A stretch of DNA of 64,000 nucleotides, taken from assembly GCA_963743855.1 (NCBI GenBank), contig CAVURK010000009.1, positions 257,956 through 321,955 on the forward strand. The letters run 5' to 3'. Made by a program: the position numbers and the translations under genes. The DNA comes from an uncultured Chloroflexia bacterium (GTDB lineage Bacteria > Chloroflexota > Limnocylindria > Limnocylindrales > CSP1-4). Below the pieces are notes generated by a model that was not told where the DNA came from, made no database searches, and saw only the letters and a list, made by a program, of their open reading frames with translations. Shown here piece after piece: positions 1 to 9,117 of this stretch. The stretch's first letter is position 1; every line of letters begins with the position of its first letter.

Positions 1-837
1 TCGCCGACGCGCAGGCCGGCCTTGGCGGCCGGTCCGGGCTCGAGCAGCTGGACGATCTCGAGACCGCGCGATCCGGCCGAGGCGAGCGGCGACAGCGTCG
101 CCGAGCGGTCGCGTCCCGCCGACGATGCCGAGGAATGCACGGCGGACGCGGCCGTGGACGATCAGGTTGTCGAGGATCGCGCGGGTCGCGGCGTCGATCG
201 GCACGGCCAGCCCGAGACCGATCCCGGCGACCGCGGTGTTGATCCCGACCACCCGGCCGCGCGAGTCGGCCAGCGCCCCACCCGAGTTGCCGGGATTGAG
301 CGCGGCGTCGGTCTGGATGACGTTCTCGACGAGGCGACTCGCTCGCCCGTCCCGCGTCGCCAGCGAGCGGCCGAGGGCGCTGACGACGCCCGCGGTCACC
401 GACCCGGCGAAGCCGAGCGGGTTCCCGATCGCGACGACGAGCTGCCCGACGCGCAGCCGCTCGGCATGACCGAGCGGCGCCGGACGCGGGTTTCCACCCT
501 TGGTCCGGACGACCGCGAGGTCCGACAGCGGATCGCGACCGACGACCTCGAAGGCGAGCTCGGCGCCGTCGACGAAGGTGGCCGTGCCGCGATCCGATCC
601 CGCGACGACATGGGCCGAGGTGACGAGATGCCCGACCGGTTCGATGGCGACGGCCGAGCCTGCGCCGCTTCCGCTCCAGCCGCCGACCTGGCGCGTGACG
701 CGCAGGCTGGCGACCGACGGGATCAGCCGCTCGGCCGCCGTCGAGACGGCGACCGAGTAGGCGTCGAGAGCGTCGTCATCGGCGACGTCGTCGGGGTCGG
801 GGAGCGCCGCGAGACGCGGCGCGGGCGCGAGGGCCAC
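1..837 (-). CDS. HtrA/DegP-like trypsin-fold serine protease with PDZ domain. The 3' end runs off the window, and there is an apparent +1 frameshift near nt 72.
   Basis: Absent from the ORF track because no stop codon lies in the window. Minus-strand translation from GTG at 837 gives ...GHLVTSAHVV...DLAVVR...IQTDAALNPGNSGGAL...VVGINTA. A PDZ-like RGLEIVQLLEPGPAAKAGLRVGD follows in the neighbouring frame. It is a paralogue of the next gene and starts 3 nt after that gene's stop. Confidence 0.8.
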   Translation of the reverse strand, partial: MALAPAPRLAALPDPDDVADDDALDAYSVAVSTAAERLIPSVASLRVTRQVGGWSGSGAGSAVAIEPVGHLVTSAHVVAGSDRGTATFVDGAELAFEVVGRDPLSDLAVVRTKGGNPRPAPLGHAERLRVGQLVVAIGNPLGFAGSVTAGVVSALGRSLATRDGRASRLVENVIQTDAALNPGNSGGALADSRGRVVGINTAVAGIGLGLAVPIDAATRAILDNLIVHGRVRRAFLGIVGGTRPLGDAVAARLGRIARSRDRPAARARTGRQGRPARRR

Positions 838-839
838 GA

Positions 840-1739
840 TCAGGCCTCGCCGGTCGCCGTGGTGCCGCCGCCGACCTGGACGGTCCGCTCGTCGGTCCCA
901 CGGACCAGCTTGACCTCGAACGGGAGCTCGAGCGTGGCGAGGGCCGCGTGCAGGTCGTCCGCGTCGGTGATCGGCTTGCCACCGGCCTCGACGATGAGGT
1001 CGCCGGCCTGGATCCCGGCCGCCGCGGCGAGGCTGTCGTCCTCGACGCCACGGACCAGGATGCCGTCACGCTCCGGGAGGCCGACCGAGCGGCGCATCCG
1101 GCGCGCGACATGCGAGGGAGCGACGGCCACGCCGAGTCGCGGTCGCTGCGGCGACTCGCCACGCCCGAGGGCGTCGATGCGGGCGCGCAGCGCGGCGTCG
1201 GCCGGCAGGGCCAGGTAGAAGCCCTCGCCGATCCGGTTGGTGTTGATGCCGACGAGCTTTCCCGACGCGTCCAGCAGCGCGCCACCGGACGAGCCCGGGG
1301 CGAGGGGGGCGGTGTGCTCGACGCTGCCCTCGATGCGCCGGCCGCCCGGGCCACGGAACGCGCGGGCGACGGCCGAGACGAGACCGAACGTCACGCGGGT
1401 ACCGCCACCATGGCTGGCCCCTGCGCCGAAGACGGCGGTGCCGACGCTGAGCGCCTCACCGTCGCCCCATTCGAGGGGGGCCGCGGCCGCGGTGTCGACG
1501 TCGATCACGGCGAGGTCGCCGTCGCCGTCCCAGCCGGCGACGGTGCCGCGGAGGCTGCGGCCGTCGGCGAAGGTGACGGTGACCTCGTCACCGCGCAGGT
1601 TGTGGGCATTGGTCAGGACCTTGCCGGCGGCGATGACGACACCGGAGCCGCGCGTGCCGCGGCCGATCCCGACGATCGATGGGCCGGCCTGCTCGGCGAT
1701 GGAGGAGACGGCGGTCTGGAGTTCTTCGATGGCGGTCAT
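840..1739 (-). CDS. HtrA/DegP-like serine protease (S1C) with C-terminal PDZ domain
   Basis: Internal ATG (MTAIEEL...) of ORF 840..2015. Motifs: VLTNAHNL, DLAVIDVD, APLAPGSSGGALLD, and a PDZ-like GILVRGVEDDSLAAAAGIQAGD. The upstream part of the track ORF is Arg/Ser-rich and looks non-coding. Confidence 0.9.
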   Translation of the reverse strand: MTAIEELQTAVSSIAEQAGPSIVGIGRGTRGSGVVIAAGKVLTNAHNLRGDEVTVTFADGRSLRGTVAGWDGDGDLAVIDVDTAAAAPLEWGDGEALSVGTAVFGAGASHGGGTRVTFGLVSAVARAFRGPGGRRIEGSVEHTAPLAPGSSGGALLDASGKLVGINTNRIGEGFYLALPADAALRARIDALGRGESPQRPRLGVAVAPSHVARRMRRSVGLPERDGILVRGVEDDSLAAAAGIQAGDLIVEAGGKPITDADDLHAALATLELPFEVKLVRGTDERTVQVGGGTTATGEA

Positions 1740-1873
1740 TCGGTGTGTGCTCCTGGGCATGCTTGCGATGTGGGGATAGACTTGTGACTTGCAATCTACT
1801 ACTGACTGCCAGCGATGACAAGCCCCGATCCGACACCTACCATCGAAGCCATGCCTGAGCCCTCGCCAACTCC

Positions 1874-2286
1874 ATGAGCCCTCGCCACTCGAAGCCGCCC
1901 TCGAGCGGGTCGGCGACCGCTGGAGCCTCCTGCTGGTCGAGGCCTTGTTGGGCGGACCGCGGCGCTTCAACGAGCTGGGCGAGAGCGTGGCCGGGATCGC
2001 CCCCAACATCCTCACCGATCGCCTGCGCCGCCTCGAGCGCGAACGGATCGTGGTCGCGACCCCATACCAGGAGCGCCCGCCCCGGATGTCGTACGCGCTG
2101 ACCGCGGACGGTCACGACCTCGCCTCGGCCCTGCGGCTGCTCGCCGACTGGGGCGCCCGGCGGACCACGGACCACGAGCCGATCCGCCACGGTCGCTGCG
2201 GGACGCCGCTCGAGACGCGCTGGTATTGCCCCACCTGCGGTGTGGCCGTCGAGGACCCCGACGCCGAGGCCACGACCCGCTTCTGA
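1874..2286 (+). CDS. HxlR-family winged-helix transcriptional regulator. The start is unresolved: a probable 1-nt deletion lies just after ATG 1874.
   Basis: The frame containing TTG 1945 reads ...PLEAALERVGDRWSLLLVEALLGGPRRFNELGE...ILTDRLRRLERERIV, which is the HxlR signature. This frame has no ATG/GTG/TTG upstream of the conserved VGDRW block. ATG 1874 is one frame off, and one extra C in the CCC run at ~1879-1881 would join them. Confidence 0.75.
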
Positions 2287-2322
2287 GGGGAGTCGACGCC
2301 CAGTCCCGGTACACTCGCGGCG

Positions 2323-2772
2323 ATGGACGACGAGCGCTGGGAACCGGGGATGCCGGTCCTCGATCGGCAGGCGGTCGGGGTGCCGGCGGTCCCGCGCACG
2401 CCGACCCCGGGAACGCTCCCGCCGAGCCTCCAGGGGCTGCCGCCACGCTCGGTCCCCGAGGTCGCACCGACCCCGCTCCAGCGCCATTACATCAACCTCA
2501 GCGTGATCGTGCTGATCTGCGGGGCGATCGCGATCTCGGCTCTCGAGCTCGGGGCCGGGCTCGGCAGCCCGCTGGTCAAGCTGTGCGTCGTCATCGCCGC
2601 GCCGCTCCTGGTCGTCACCACCGCCGACGCGGTCCTGCGCATCTGGCGATCGGCGTGGGCGTGGATGCCGATCGACCGCGGGAAGGGTCTCTTCCGCCTG
2701 GCCTGGGTCGCGGTCAGCCTGATCGGGCTCGCGGCGCTGGTCGCGGCCGCGGTCCTGGTGATCCTCGCGTGA
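2323..2772 (+). CDS. Hypothetical membrane protein (about 3 TM helices)
   Basis: ORF with high third-position GC. The N-terminus is Pro-rich, followed by hydrophobic segments INLSVIVLICGAIAISAL, LCVVIAAPLLVV and LAWVAVSLIGLAALVAAAVLVIL. Confidence 0.6.
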   Translation: MDDERWEPGMPVLDRQAVGVPAVPRTPTPGTLPPSLQGLPPRSVPEVAPTPLQRHYINLSVIVLICGAIAISALELGAGLGSPLVKLCVVIAAPLLVVTTADAVLRIWRSAWAWMPIDRGKGLFRLAWVAVSLIGLAALVAAAVLVILA

Positions 2773-2800
2773 GCGCGGCATCGCGGCCGGGGCGCGCCTG

Positions 2801-3418
2801 ATGGACCAACGCTTCGAACGCGGTCCGGACGGACGCTCGACGGACCTGCCGTCGGGTCGCGGCGTTCCGGCGTGGCTCGCCGAGTCGCTCAACTTCTGCT
2901 CGCGGTGCGGCGCGCCGCTCGTCTTCGGGGCCATCGAGGGCGAGGACCGCGACCGTCTCCAGTGCGGCGCCTGCGGCCACATCGCCTACGTGAATCCGCG
3001 GCTCGTCGTGACGACCTTCCCGATCACAGACGACGGCGAGGTCGTCCTCATCCGCCGCGGGATCGAGCCGGGCAAGGGTCGCTGGGCGCAGCCGGGCGGC
3101 TTCCTCGAAGTCGACGAGACCGTCCACGAGGCGGCCATCCGCGAGACGCGGGAGGAGACCGGCCTGCTCGTCGAGCCGGGGGAGATCATCGGTCTCTACA
3201 CGCGTCTCGAGGCCAGCGTGGTGACCATCGCCTACGAGGCCCGGATCGTCGGTGGGACCGCGGCGCCCACTCCCGAGGCGAGCGAGATCGTCGCCTACGC
3301 CCCCGAGGAGATCCCGTGGACGGGGCTCGCCTTCAAGACCACGATGTTCGCGCTTCGCGATTGGCTGGCGCTGCGCCGGCCCGATGTCCAATGGCCCGAC
3401 ATCGTCGTGGGCCGCTGA
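2801..3418 (+). CDS. NUDIX hydrolase with N-terminal zinc-ribbon (NudC/ADP-ribose pyrophosphatase-like)
   Basis: Nudix box GGFLEVDETVHEAAIRETREETGL. Two CxxC pairs, CSRCG...CGACG, lie upstream of it. Confidence 0.85.
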   Translation: MDQRFERGPDGRSTDLPSGRGVPAWLAESLNFCSRCGAPLVFGAIEGEDRDRLQCGACGHIAYVNPRLVVTTFPITDDGEVVLIRRGIEPGKGRWAQPGGFLEVDETVHEAAIRETREETGLLVEPGEIIGLYTRLEASVVTIAYEARIVGGTAAPTPEASEIVAYAPEEIPWTGLAFKTTMFALRDWLALRRPDVQWPDIVVGR

Positions 3419-3447
3419 TCCATCGGCGGCCGCCGCCGTGGAGGCCG

Positions 3448-4920
3448 TCAGGTCAGGTCGATGAAGACGTTCTTCGTCTCGGTGTAGAGGTCGAGCGCCG
3501 ACATCCCGAGCTCCCGGCCGATCCCCGACATCTTGTAGCCGCCGAACGGCGCCTCGGTGTGGACCGACGAGTTCGAATTGACGCTGATGACCCCGGCCTG
3601 GAGGGCCTTCGCGGCACGCAGCGCCTTGCCGATGTCGCGGCTCCAGATCGAGCCCGACAGGCCGTATGGCGTCGCATTCGCGAGCCGCAGCGCCTCCTCC
3701 TCGGTATCGAAGGCGATGATCGAGACGACCGGGCCGAAGATCTCCTCGCGAGCGATGCGCATGTCGTTCGATACGCCGTCGAAGACGGTCGGCATCAGGT
3801 AGGCACCATCGGCCAGCGCCGGATCCGTCGGCGCCTCGCCACCGACCACGATCGTCGCGCCCTCGCCCAGACCGATCTCGATGTAGTCGCGAACGCGGTC
3901 GCGCTGCCTGGCGCTGACCAGCGTGCCGACCTCGGTCGCGTCGTCGGCCGGCAAGCCGACCTTGACGTTCCGCGTCGCCGCGGCGAACAGCTCGACCACC
4001 TCGTCGTGCGCGCTCCGTTCGACGAAGATCCGGCTCCGCGCGCAGCAGTCCTGGCCGGCGTTGTCGAAGACGGAATAGGGCGATTCGCGGGCGAACTTCT
4101 CGAGGTCCGCGTCGGCGAAGACGATGTTCGGGCTCTTGCCACCGAGCTCGAGCGAGATCTTCTTCACGTTCCCGGCGGCGAGCCGCATGATCTCCTGGCC
4201 GGTGGTGGTCTCGCCGGTGAAGGCCACCTTGCCGATCCCCGCGTGGCCCGCGATCGAGGCTCCGGCGGAGCCGCCCGGACCGGTGATGACGTTGAGGACG
4301 CCCGGCGGGATCCCCGCCTCGAGTGCCAGCTCGGCGAGCCGGATCGCCGTCAACGGGGAGTAGCTGGCGGGCTTCAGGATCGCGGTGTTGCCCGCCGCCA
4401 GAGCAGGCGCCACCTTCCACGAGGCCATCAGCAGCGGGAAGTTCCACGGCACGATCAGCCCGACAACGCCGATCGGCTCGCGCAGGGTGAGGTCGAGGCC
4501 GGGCTTCGAGACCGGGATCGTCTGTCCGAAGATCTTGTTGGCCGCGCCCGCGTAGTAGTCGAAGACGAGGCTGACGCCGGTGATCTCGCCGCGCGCCCCG
4601 CTGATCGGCTTGCCGACGTTGCGGCTCTCGAGCTGGGCCAGCTCCTCGGTGTGCTCCTTGACCAGCGCGGCGAGCTTGGCCAGCGACCGACCACGTTTGC
4701 CCGCCGCCCAGTTGGCCCAGCCCTTGCGGTCGTCGAACGCGCGCCGCGCTGCCTCGACCGCCCGGTCCACGTCGGCCGGTCCGCCCAATGGCGCGCTGGC
4801 GATCACCTTGCCGGTCGCGGGGTCGACGATATCGAAAGTCTGGCCGTCGGCGGCATCGACGGATTCGCCGCCGATGACCATCTGCGTCGCGGTCACATCG
4901 GCACGGGTATCGGTCGTCAT
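3448..4920 (-). CDS. NAD(P)+-dependent aldehyde dehydrogenase
   Basis: Starts at the internal ATG (MTTDTRADV...). Motifs: VPWNFPL, FTGETTTG, ELGGKSP and DNAGQDCCA (catalytic Glu and Cys), EEIFGPV, PFGGYKMSG. Confidence 0.95.
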   Translation of the reverse strand: MTTDTRADVTATQMVIGGESVDAADGQTFDIVDPATGKVIASAPLGGPADVDRAVEAARRAFDDRKGWANWAAGKRGRSLAKLAALVKEHTEELAQLESRNVGKPISGARGEITGVSLVFDYYAGAANKIFGQTIPVSKPGLDLTLREPIGVVGLIVPWNFPLLMASWKVAPALAAGNTAILKPASYSPLTAIRLAELALEAGIPPGVLNVITGPGGSAGASIAGHAGIGKVAFTGETTTGQEIMRLAAGNVKKISLELGGKSPNIVFADADLEKFARESPYSVFDNAGQDCCARSRIFVERSAHDEVVELFAAATRNVKVGLPADDATEVGTLVSARQRDRVRDYIEIGLGEGATIVVGGEAPTDPALADGAYLMPTVFDGVSNDMRIAREEIFGPVVSIIAFDTEEEALRLANATPYGLSGSIWSRDIGKALRAAKALQAGVISVNSNSSVHTEAPFGGYKMSGIGRELGMSALDLYTETKNVFIDLT

Positions 4921-5017
4921 GGGATGGCCTCTCGGGTGGTCTGACTCGGACCTCGATGATACGCCGGGACCGGTGAGGGACGGCCTGGCGCGGTCGCCGC
5001 CGGACCGCGAGCGCGGG

Positions 5018-5956
5018 TCAGGAAGGGGCGCCCGGGTCGGCCGTGGACGCGTCGCCGGCGGTCGCGCTGACGGCGGACCCGTCGCCGGTGGACGCATCGG
5101 CGGTCTCGGTTCGAGCGGCGGCGGCCGTCTCTTCGATCAGGTAGACCGGCGTCTCGGCCGGCCGGCCGAGCGGCGCCTCGGCCGCGATGATGGCGGCGCC
5201 GATGATCCCCGCGTCGTTGCGCAGGAGGGCCGGGACGACGGCCGTCTGGACGGTCAGCCGCGGCACGAACTTGTCGGCACTCTTGCTGACCCCGCCGCCG
5301 AGGATCATCAGGTTCGGCCAGACGAGCTGGTGGATCCGGTCGAGATGCTCGTCGAGGTCTGCCGCCCAGGCCTTCCACGACAGGCCGCGCCGGATCCGCG
5401 CGGCCGCCGCGGAGCGTTTTTCGGCGGCACGACCACGGATCTCCATCTGGCCGAACTCGCTGTTCGGGACGAGGACACCGTCGTTGAACAGGCCCGACCC
5501 GACCCCGGTCCCGAGCGTCAGGAAGATCACGACGCCGGGCTGGTCCTTGCCGACGCCGAAGCGCATCTCGGCGATCCCCGCTGCATCGGCGTCGTTGATG
5601 ATGAAGACCGGCCGCTTGAGCAGGCGGGACAGCCGGTCGACGACGGGGAAGTCGACCCACGTCGGGTCGATGTTGGCGGCAGTCTTGAGGACGCCGTCGA
5701 TGGCAACGCCGGGCAGGCCGATCCCGACCGGGGTGGCATCCCCGAGCCCGCCCGACTTGGCGAGACGCCGGACAAGCCGGGCGATCGAGGCAAGGATGGC
5801 GTCCGGCGTCGACGGGTTCGGCGTCGCGACGCGCAGCCTTTCCGAACGGATCCGGCCGGCTTCGACATCGACGATCGCCGCCTTGATCCCGCTCCCGCCG
5901 ACATCGATGCCGATGGCGATCCGCCCGCTTGCCATCTCGGTCGCCTCCTCCGTCAT
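5018..5956 (-). CDS. ppgK: ROK-family polyphosphate/ATP glucokinase
   Basis: Starts at the internal ATG (MTEEATEMASGRIAIGIDVGGSGIK). Contains FIINDADAAG, TLGTGVGSG and LILGGGVSK. The C-terminal tail is low-complexity Ala/Thr/Asp. Confidence 0.85.
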   Translation of the reverse strand: MTEEATEMASGRIAIGIDVGGSGIKAAIVDVEAGRIRSERLRVATPNPSTPDAILASIARLVRRLAKSGGLGDATPVGIGLPGVAIDGVLKTAANIDPTWVDFPVVDRLSRLLKRPVFIINDADAAGIAEMRFGVGKDQPGVVIFLTLGTGVGSGLFNDGVLVPNSEFGQMEIRGRAAEKRSAAAARIRRGLSWKAWAADLDEHLDRIHQLVWPNLMILGGGVSKSADKFVPRLTVQTAVVPALLRNDAGIIGAAIIAAEAPLGRPAETPVYLIEETAAAARTETADASTGDGSAVSATAGDASTADPGAPS

Positions 5957-5970
5957 CGGTCCCTCCGGGT

Positions 5971-6738
5971 TCAGAAGTAGTTGACGGTGATGCCGCCATC
6001 GACGACGAGCGACGCGCCGTTGGTCCAGCGCGACTCGTCGGAGGCGAGGTAGACCGCCATGTGGACGATCTCCTCGGGCTTGCCGAACCGGCCGGTCGGG
6101 TTGCGTGCCAGGCGGAGCTGCTTGGCTGCCTCGTCCTTGACCAGCCAGTCCATCAGCAAGGGTGTCTCGACGGGACCCGGGCAGATGGCGTTGGTGCGGA
6201 TGCCCTGCGGCCCGAACTGGACGGCGAGGCTCCGGGTCAGCGACAGGACCGCGCCCTTGGACGCCGTGTAGGCATCCTGGGGGACGCTGCAGCCGAGGAG
6301 CGCCACGAAGCTGGCGATGTTGATGATCGATCCGCCGCCGCCCTCGACCATGGCCGGGATGGCGTACTTGCAGCCGAGGAAGACGCCGCGGACATTGACC
6401 GCCATCACGCTGTCCCATGTCGCGACGTCGGTGTCGGTCACCGAGTGGTCGGCCTCGGGCATGATCCCGGCGTTGTTGTAGAGGGTGTCGAGCCGGCCAT
6501 AGGTCGTCAGCGCGTGATCGACCATGGCCTTCGCGTCCGCTTCCTTGGAGACGTCGACCTTGACGAACGACGCCTCGCCGCCGGCCGCCCGGACGATGTC
6601 GACCGTCTCGGCCCCGGCCGCCTCGCTGTATTCGGCGACAACGACCTTGGCGCCCTGCGCGGCAAACAGCTGGGCGGCGACGCGGCCCATCCCGCCGCCT
6701 CCGCCGGTGATGATCGAGACCTTGCCCTCGAGTCGCAT
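5971..6738 (-). CDS. Short-chain dehydrogenase/reductase (SDR)
   Basis: TGGGGGMG Rossmann motif, NNAG, and YTASKGAV (the YxxxK catalytic motif). It ends 14 nt upstream of ppgK, so the two probably form an operon. Confidence 0.9.
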   Translation of the reverse strand: MRLEGKVSIITGGGGGMGRVAAQLFAAQGAKVVVAEYSEAAGAETVDIVRAAGGEASFVKVDVSKEADAKAMVDHALTTYGRLDTLYNNAGIMPEADHSVTDTDVATWDSVMAVNVRGVFLGCKYAIPAMVEGGGGSIINIASFVALLGCSVPQDAYTASKGAVLSLTRSLAVQFGPQGIRTNAICPGPVETPLLMDWLVKDEAAKQLRLARNPTGRFGKPEEIVHMAVYLASDESRWTNGASLVVDGGITVNYF

Positions 6739-6832
6739 CGCACTCCCTCTCGACGTCCGTCGCGGTCAGAGTACCGCTCGGCAGGTGCCCCCGCGTGGCA
6801 CGATGTCAGCTGACGATACGAAGGAGCAGGCG

Positions 6833-7519
6833 ATGTCGAGCGCGGAACAGGACCTTCTGGACGCGGTCAGCGCCGACGATGCCGCGCGGGTGAGCGAGCT
6901 GGTCGCCGCGGACCCGTTCCTGGCAACGGTCCGCGATCGCGACGGCGTCTCCGCGATCATGCGGTCGCGCTACCGGTTCGACCGCGCCACGACCGACGCC
7001 CTGCTCGCAGTCGATCCCGAGCTCGACGTCTTCGAGGCGACCGCGCTCGGCTATATCGATCGCCTGCGCGAGCGTCTCGACGAGGATCCGGCGCGTGCTG
7101 CCGCCTTCTCCGCGGACGGATTCACGGCGCTCCATTTCGCGGCGTTCTTCGGCAAGGCCGAGGCTGCCAGGGTCCTGCTGACCGCCGGGGCCGACGTCGG
7201 CGTCATCTCCCGCAACGATCTGGCGTGCCAGCCGCTCCACTCGGCCGCGGCCGGTCTGCATCACGAGGTCTGTCGGGTGCTCATCGCGGCGGGCTCCGAC
7301 GTCGACGCCAGACAGAACGGCTCGGGTTCACGGCCGCTCCACGCCGCTGCCCAGCATGGGGACGACGAGCTGGTCGAGCTGCTCCTGTCCGCCGGCGCCG
7401 ATCCGTTCCTCCGCACCGATGCCGGGGATACCCCGGTCGACACGGCCGAGGCGGCGGGTCACGTGGATGTCGCGCGGCGGATCCGCCAGGTTGCCGACGC
7501 GCGGTCAGCGTCGGTCTAG
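6833..7519 (+). CDS. Ankyrin-repeat protein
   Basis: AAGGAG lies 6 nt before ATG 6833. Repeated G.TALH.AA..G....V..LL..GAD units are present (FTALHFAAFFGKAEAARVLLTAGADV; RPLHAAAQHGDDELVELLLSAGADP). Confidence 0.8.
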   Translation: MSSAEQDLLDAVSADDAARVSELVAADPFLATVRDRDGVSAIMRSRYRFDRATTDALLAVDPELDVFEATALGYIDRLRERLDEDPARAAAFSADGFTALHFAAFFGKAEAARVLLTAGADVGVISRNDLACQPLHSAAAGLHHEVCRVLIAAGSDVDARQNGSGSRPLHAAAQHGDDELVELLLSAGADPFLRTDAGDTPVDTAEAAGHVDVARRIRQVADARSASV

Positions 7520-7556
7520 CTCGGCCGCGGCCCGCCGCCCCGGGCGCAGTCGGCCG

Positions 7557-8964
7557 CTAGCCGCGCTCGAGGTAGCGCTCGCGCTCCCAGGGGTGGACCA
7601 CGGAGTCGTACGTCTCCTGCTCGACGCGGGCGGCGTTCAGGTAGTGGTCCACCACGTCCTGGCCGAAGATCTCGACCGCGGCCTCGGACCGCTCGAGCTC
7701 GGCGATCGCCTCGTAGAGCGCGCGCGGCATGCGGGGCACGCCGGTCGCCAGGTAGCCGTTGCCCTTGAACTCGGGCTGAAGCGGGAGCTCGTGCTCGATC
7801 CCGTACAGGCCGGCGCCGATCATCGCGGCATAGGTCAGGTAGGCGTTCATGTCGCCGCCGGGGAAACGATCCTCGACATGGAGCCCCGGCCCGCGCCCGA
7901 CCAGCCGGAAGCCGGTCGTCCGGTTGTCGCGTCCCCAGACGACGTTGACCGGCGCCCATGACAGCGATGCATAGCGCTTGTACGAGTTGATGAACGGCGC
8001 GATGAAGACGGCCAGCTCGCGCGACAGCTGCATCATCCCGGCCACGAAGTGCTGGCCGACCTCGGACAAGCCATATGGGCCTTCCGGGGCGCCCTCCGCC
8101 GCGTGCATCAGGGGCACGTCCTTGACGACGTCCCACAGGCTCATGTGGAGATGACCGGATGAGCCCGTCCAGTGATGGTCGGGCTTGGCCATGAAGGTGA
8201 TCCCCCAGCCGTTGAGGTAGGCGATCTCCTTCGCGCCGTGCTTGAAGACGACGCTGCGGTCGGCGGAGGTCGAGCACGTGGTCGTAGCGGATGTTGACCT
8301 CGTGCTGGCCGTTGGCGGCCTCGCCCTTGCTGAACTCGATCGGCACATCCGCCGCGGTCATCTGGTTGCGCAGCAGCCGGTGGAGCGGCTCGGCCTTGGT
8401 CGCCTGAAGGAGGTGGTAGTCCTCGTTGTAGTGACCGAACGGGCGGGGGACCGGCCAGCCCCGTTCGGCGAGCTCCTCCCAGGAATCCTTGAGCACGTAG
8501 AACTCGAATTCCGAGCCTGCCTTGAGCGCGTAGCCGGCCTTCGCCGCGCGCTCGACCTGGCGCTTGAGGATGGTCCGCGGCGCGACCGGGATCTCGAGCC
8601 CGGTCTCCTCGTCGACCGCGTCGGCGAGGACCATCGCGGTGCCGGGCAGCCACGGGAGGACGCGGAGCTGGTCCCAGACGGGCTCGGCGATCCAGTCGCC
8701 GTAGCCGGTCTCCCAGTTCATCAGCTTGAACCCCTCGGGCGTGTTCATCTCCATGTCCGTGCCCAGCAGGTAGGTGCAGAAGTGGGCGCCGTGGGAGATG
8801 ACCCCGTCGAGGAACGCCTGGCCCTGGACGCGCTTGCCCATCAGGCGGCCCTGCATGTCCGTGATGGCGACGACGATCGTGTCGATCTGGCCGTCGCGGA
8901 CCATCTCCTCGAGCTCGACCAGGCGATGGTGCTTCGCCGCGTGATCGGTGTCGTGGTCGCTCAT
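7557..8964 (-). pseudogene. Glutamine-synthetase-family ligase (GlnA-like, possibly a gamma-glutamyl-amine ligase), frameshifted at ~8268
   Basis: The N-terminal part (MSDHDTDH...GSEFEFYV...GEAANGQHEVNIRYDH) lies in ORF 7516..9165. The C-terminal part (ADRSVVFKHGAKEIA...ITFMAKP...SSGHLHMSLW...NSYKRY...RDNRT) lies in ORF 7557..8348. The span is 3n+1 nt. Confidence 0.85.
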
Positions 8965-9117
8965 GGTGCGGCTGGCCTCCCTCTGCCGAATTGCGATATT
9001 CGCGCGAGATGCCCCTTCGACCGTCGAGAATCGCGTCGAGCGCCGGAGTATGCTCCCGTGATCCCGGCGTCCGCGCGTCCCAAGCGACACATCGTAGCGT
9101 CGTGCAGGAGGGATCCG

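Noticed and set aside
22-1218. 398-aa plus-strand ORF at the window start
   Set aside because: It lies antisense to two HtrA-like protease genes that have clear catalytic-triad and PDZ motifs. Its translation is Arg/Asp/Gly-rich with no recognisable domain.
2714-4944. Very long ORFs 2714..4447(-) and 2872..4944(+), of 577 and 690 aa
   Set aside because: They lie antisense to, or out of frame with, the clearly conserved Nudix and aldehyde dehydrogenase genes. Their translations are Arg/Pro/Gly/Asp-rich low-complexity sequence, typical of stop-poor alternative frames in ~70% GC DNA.
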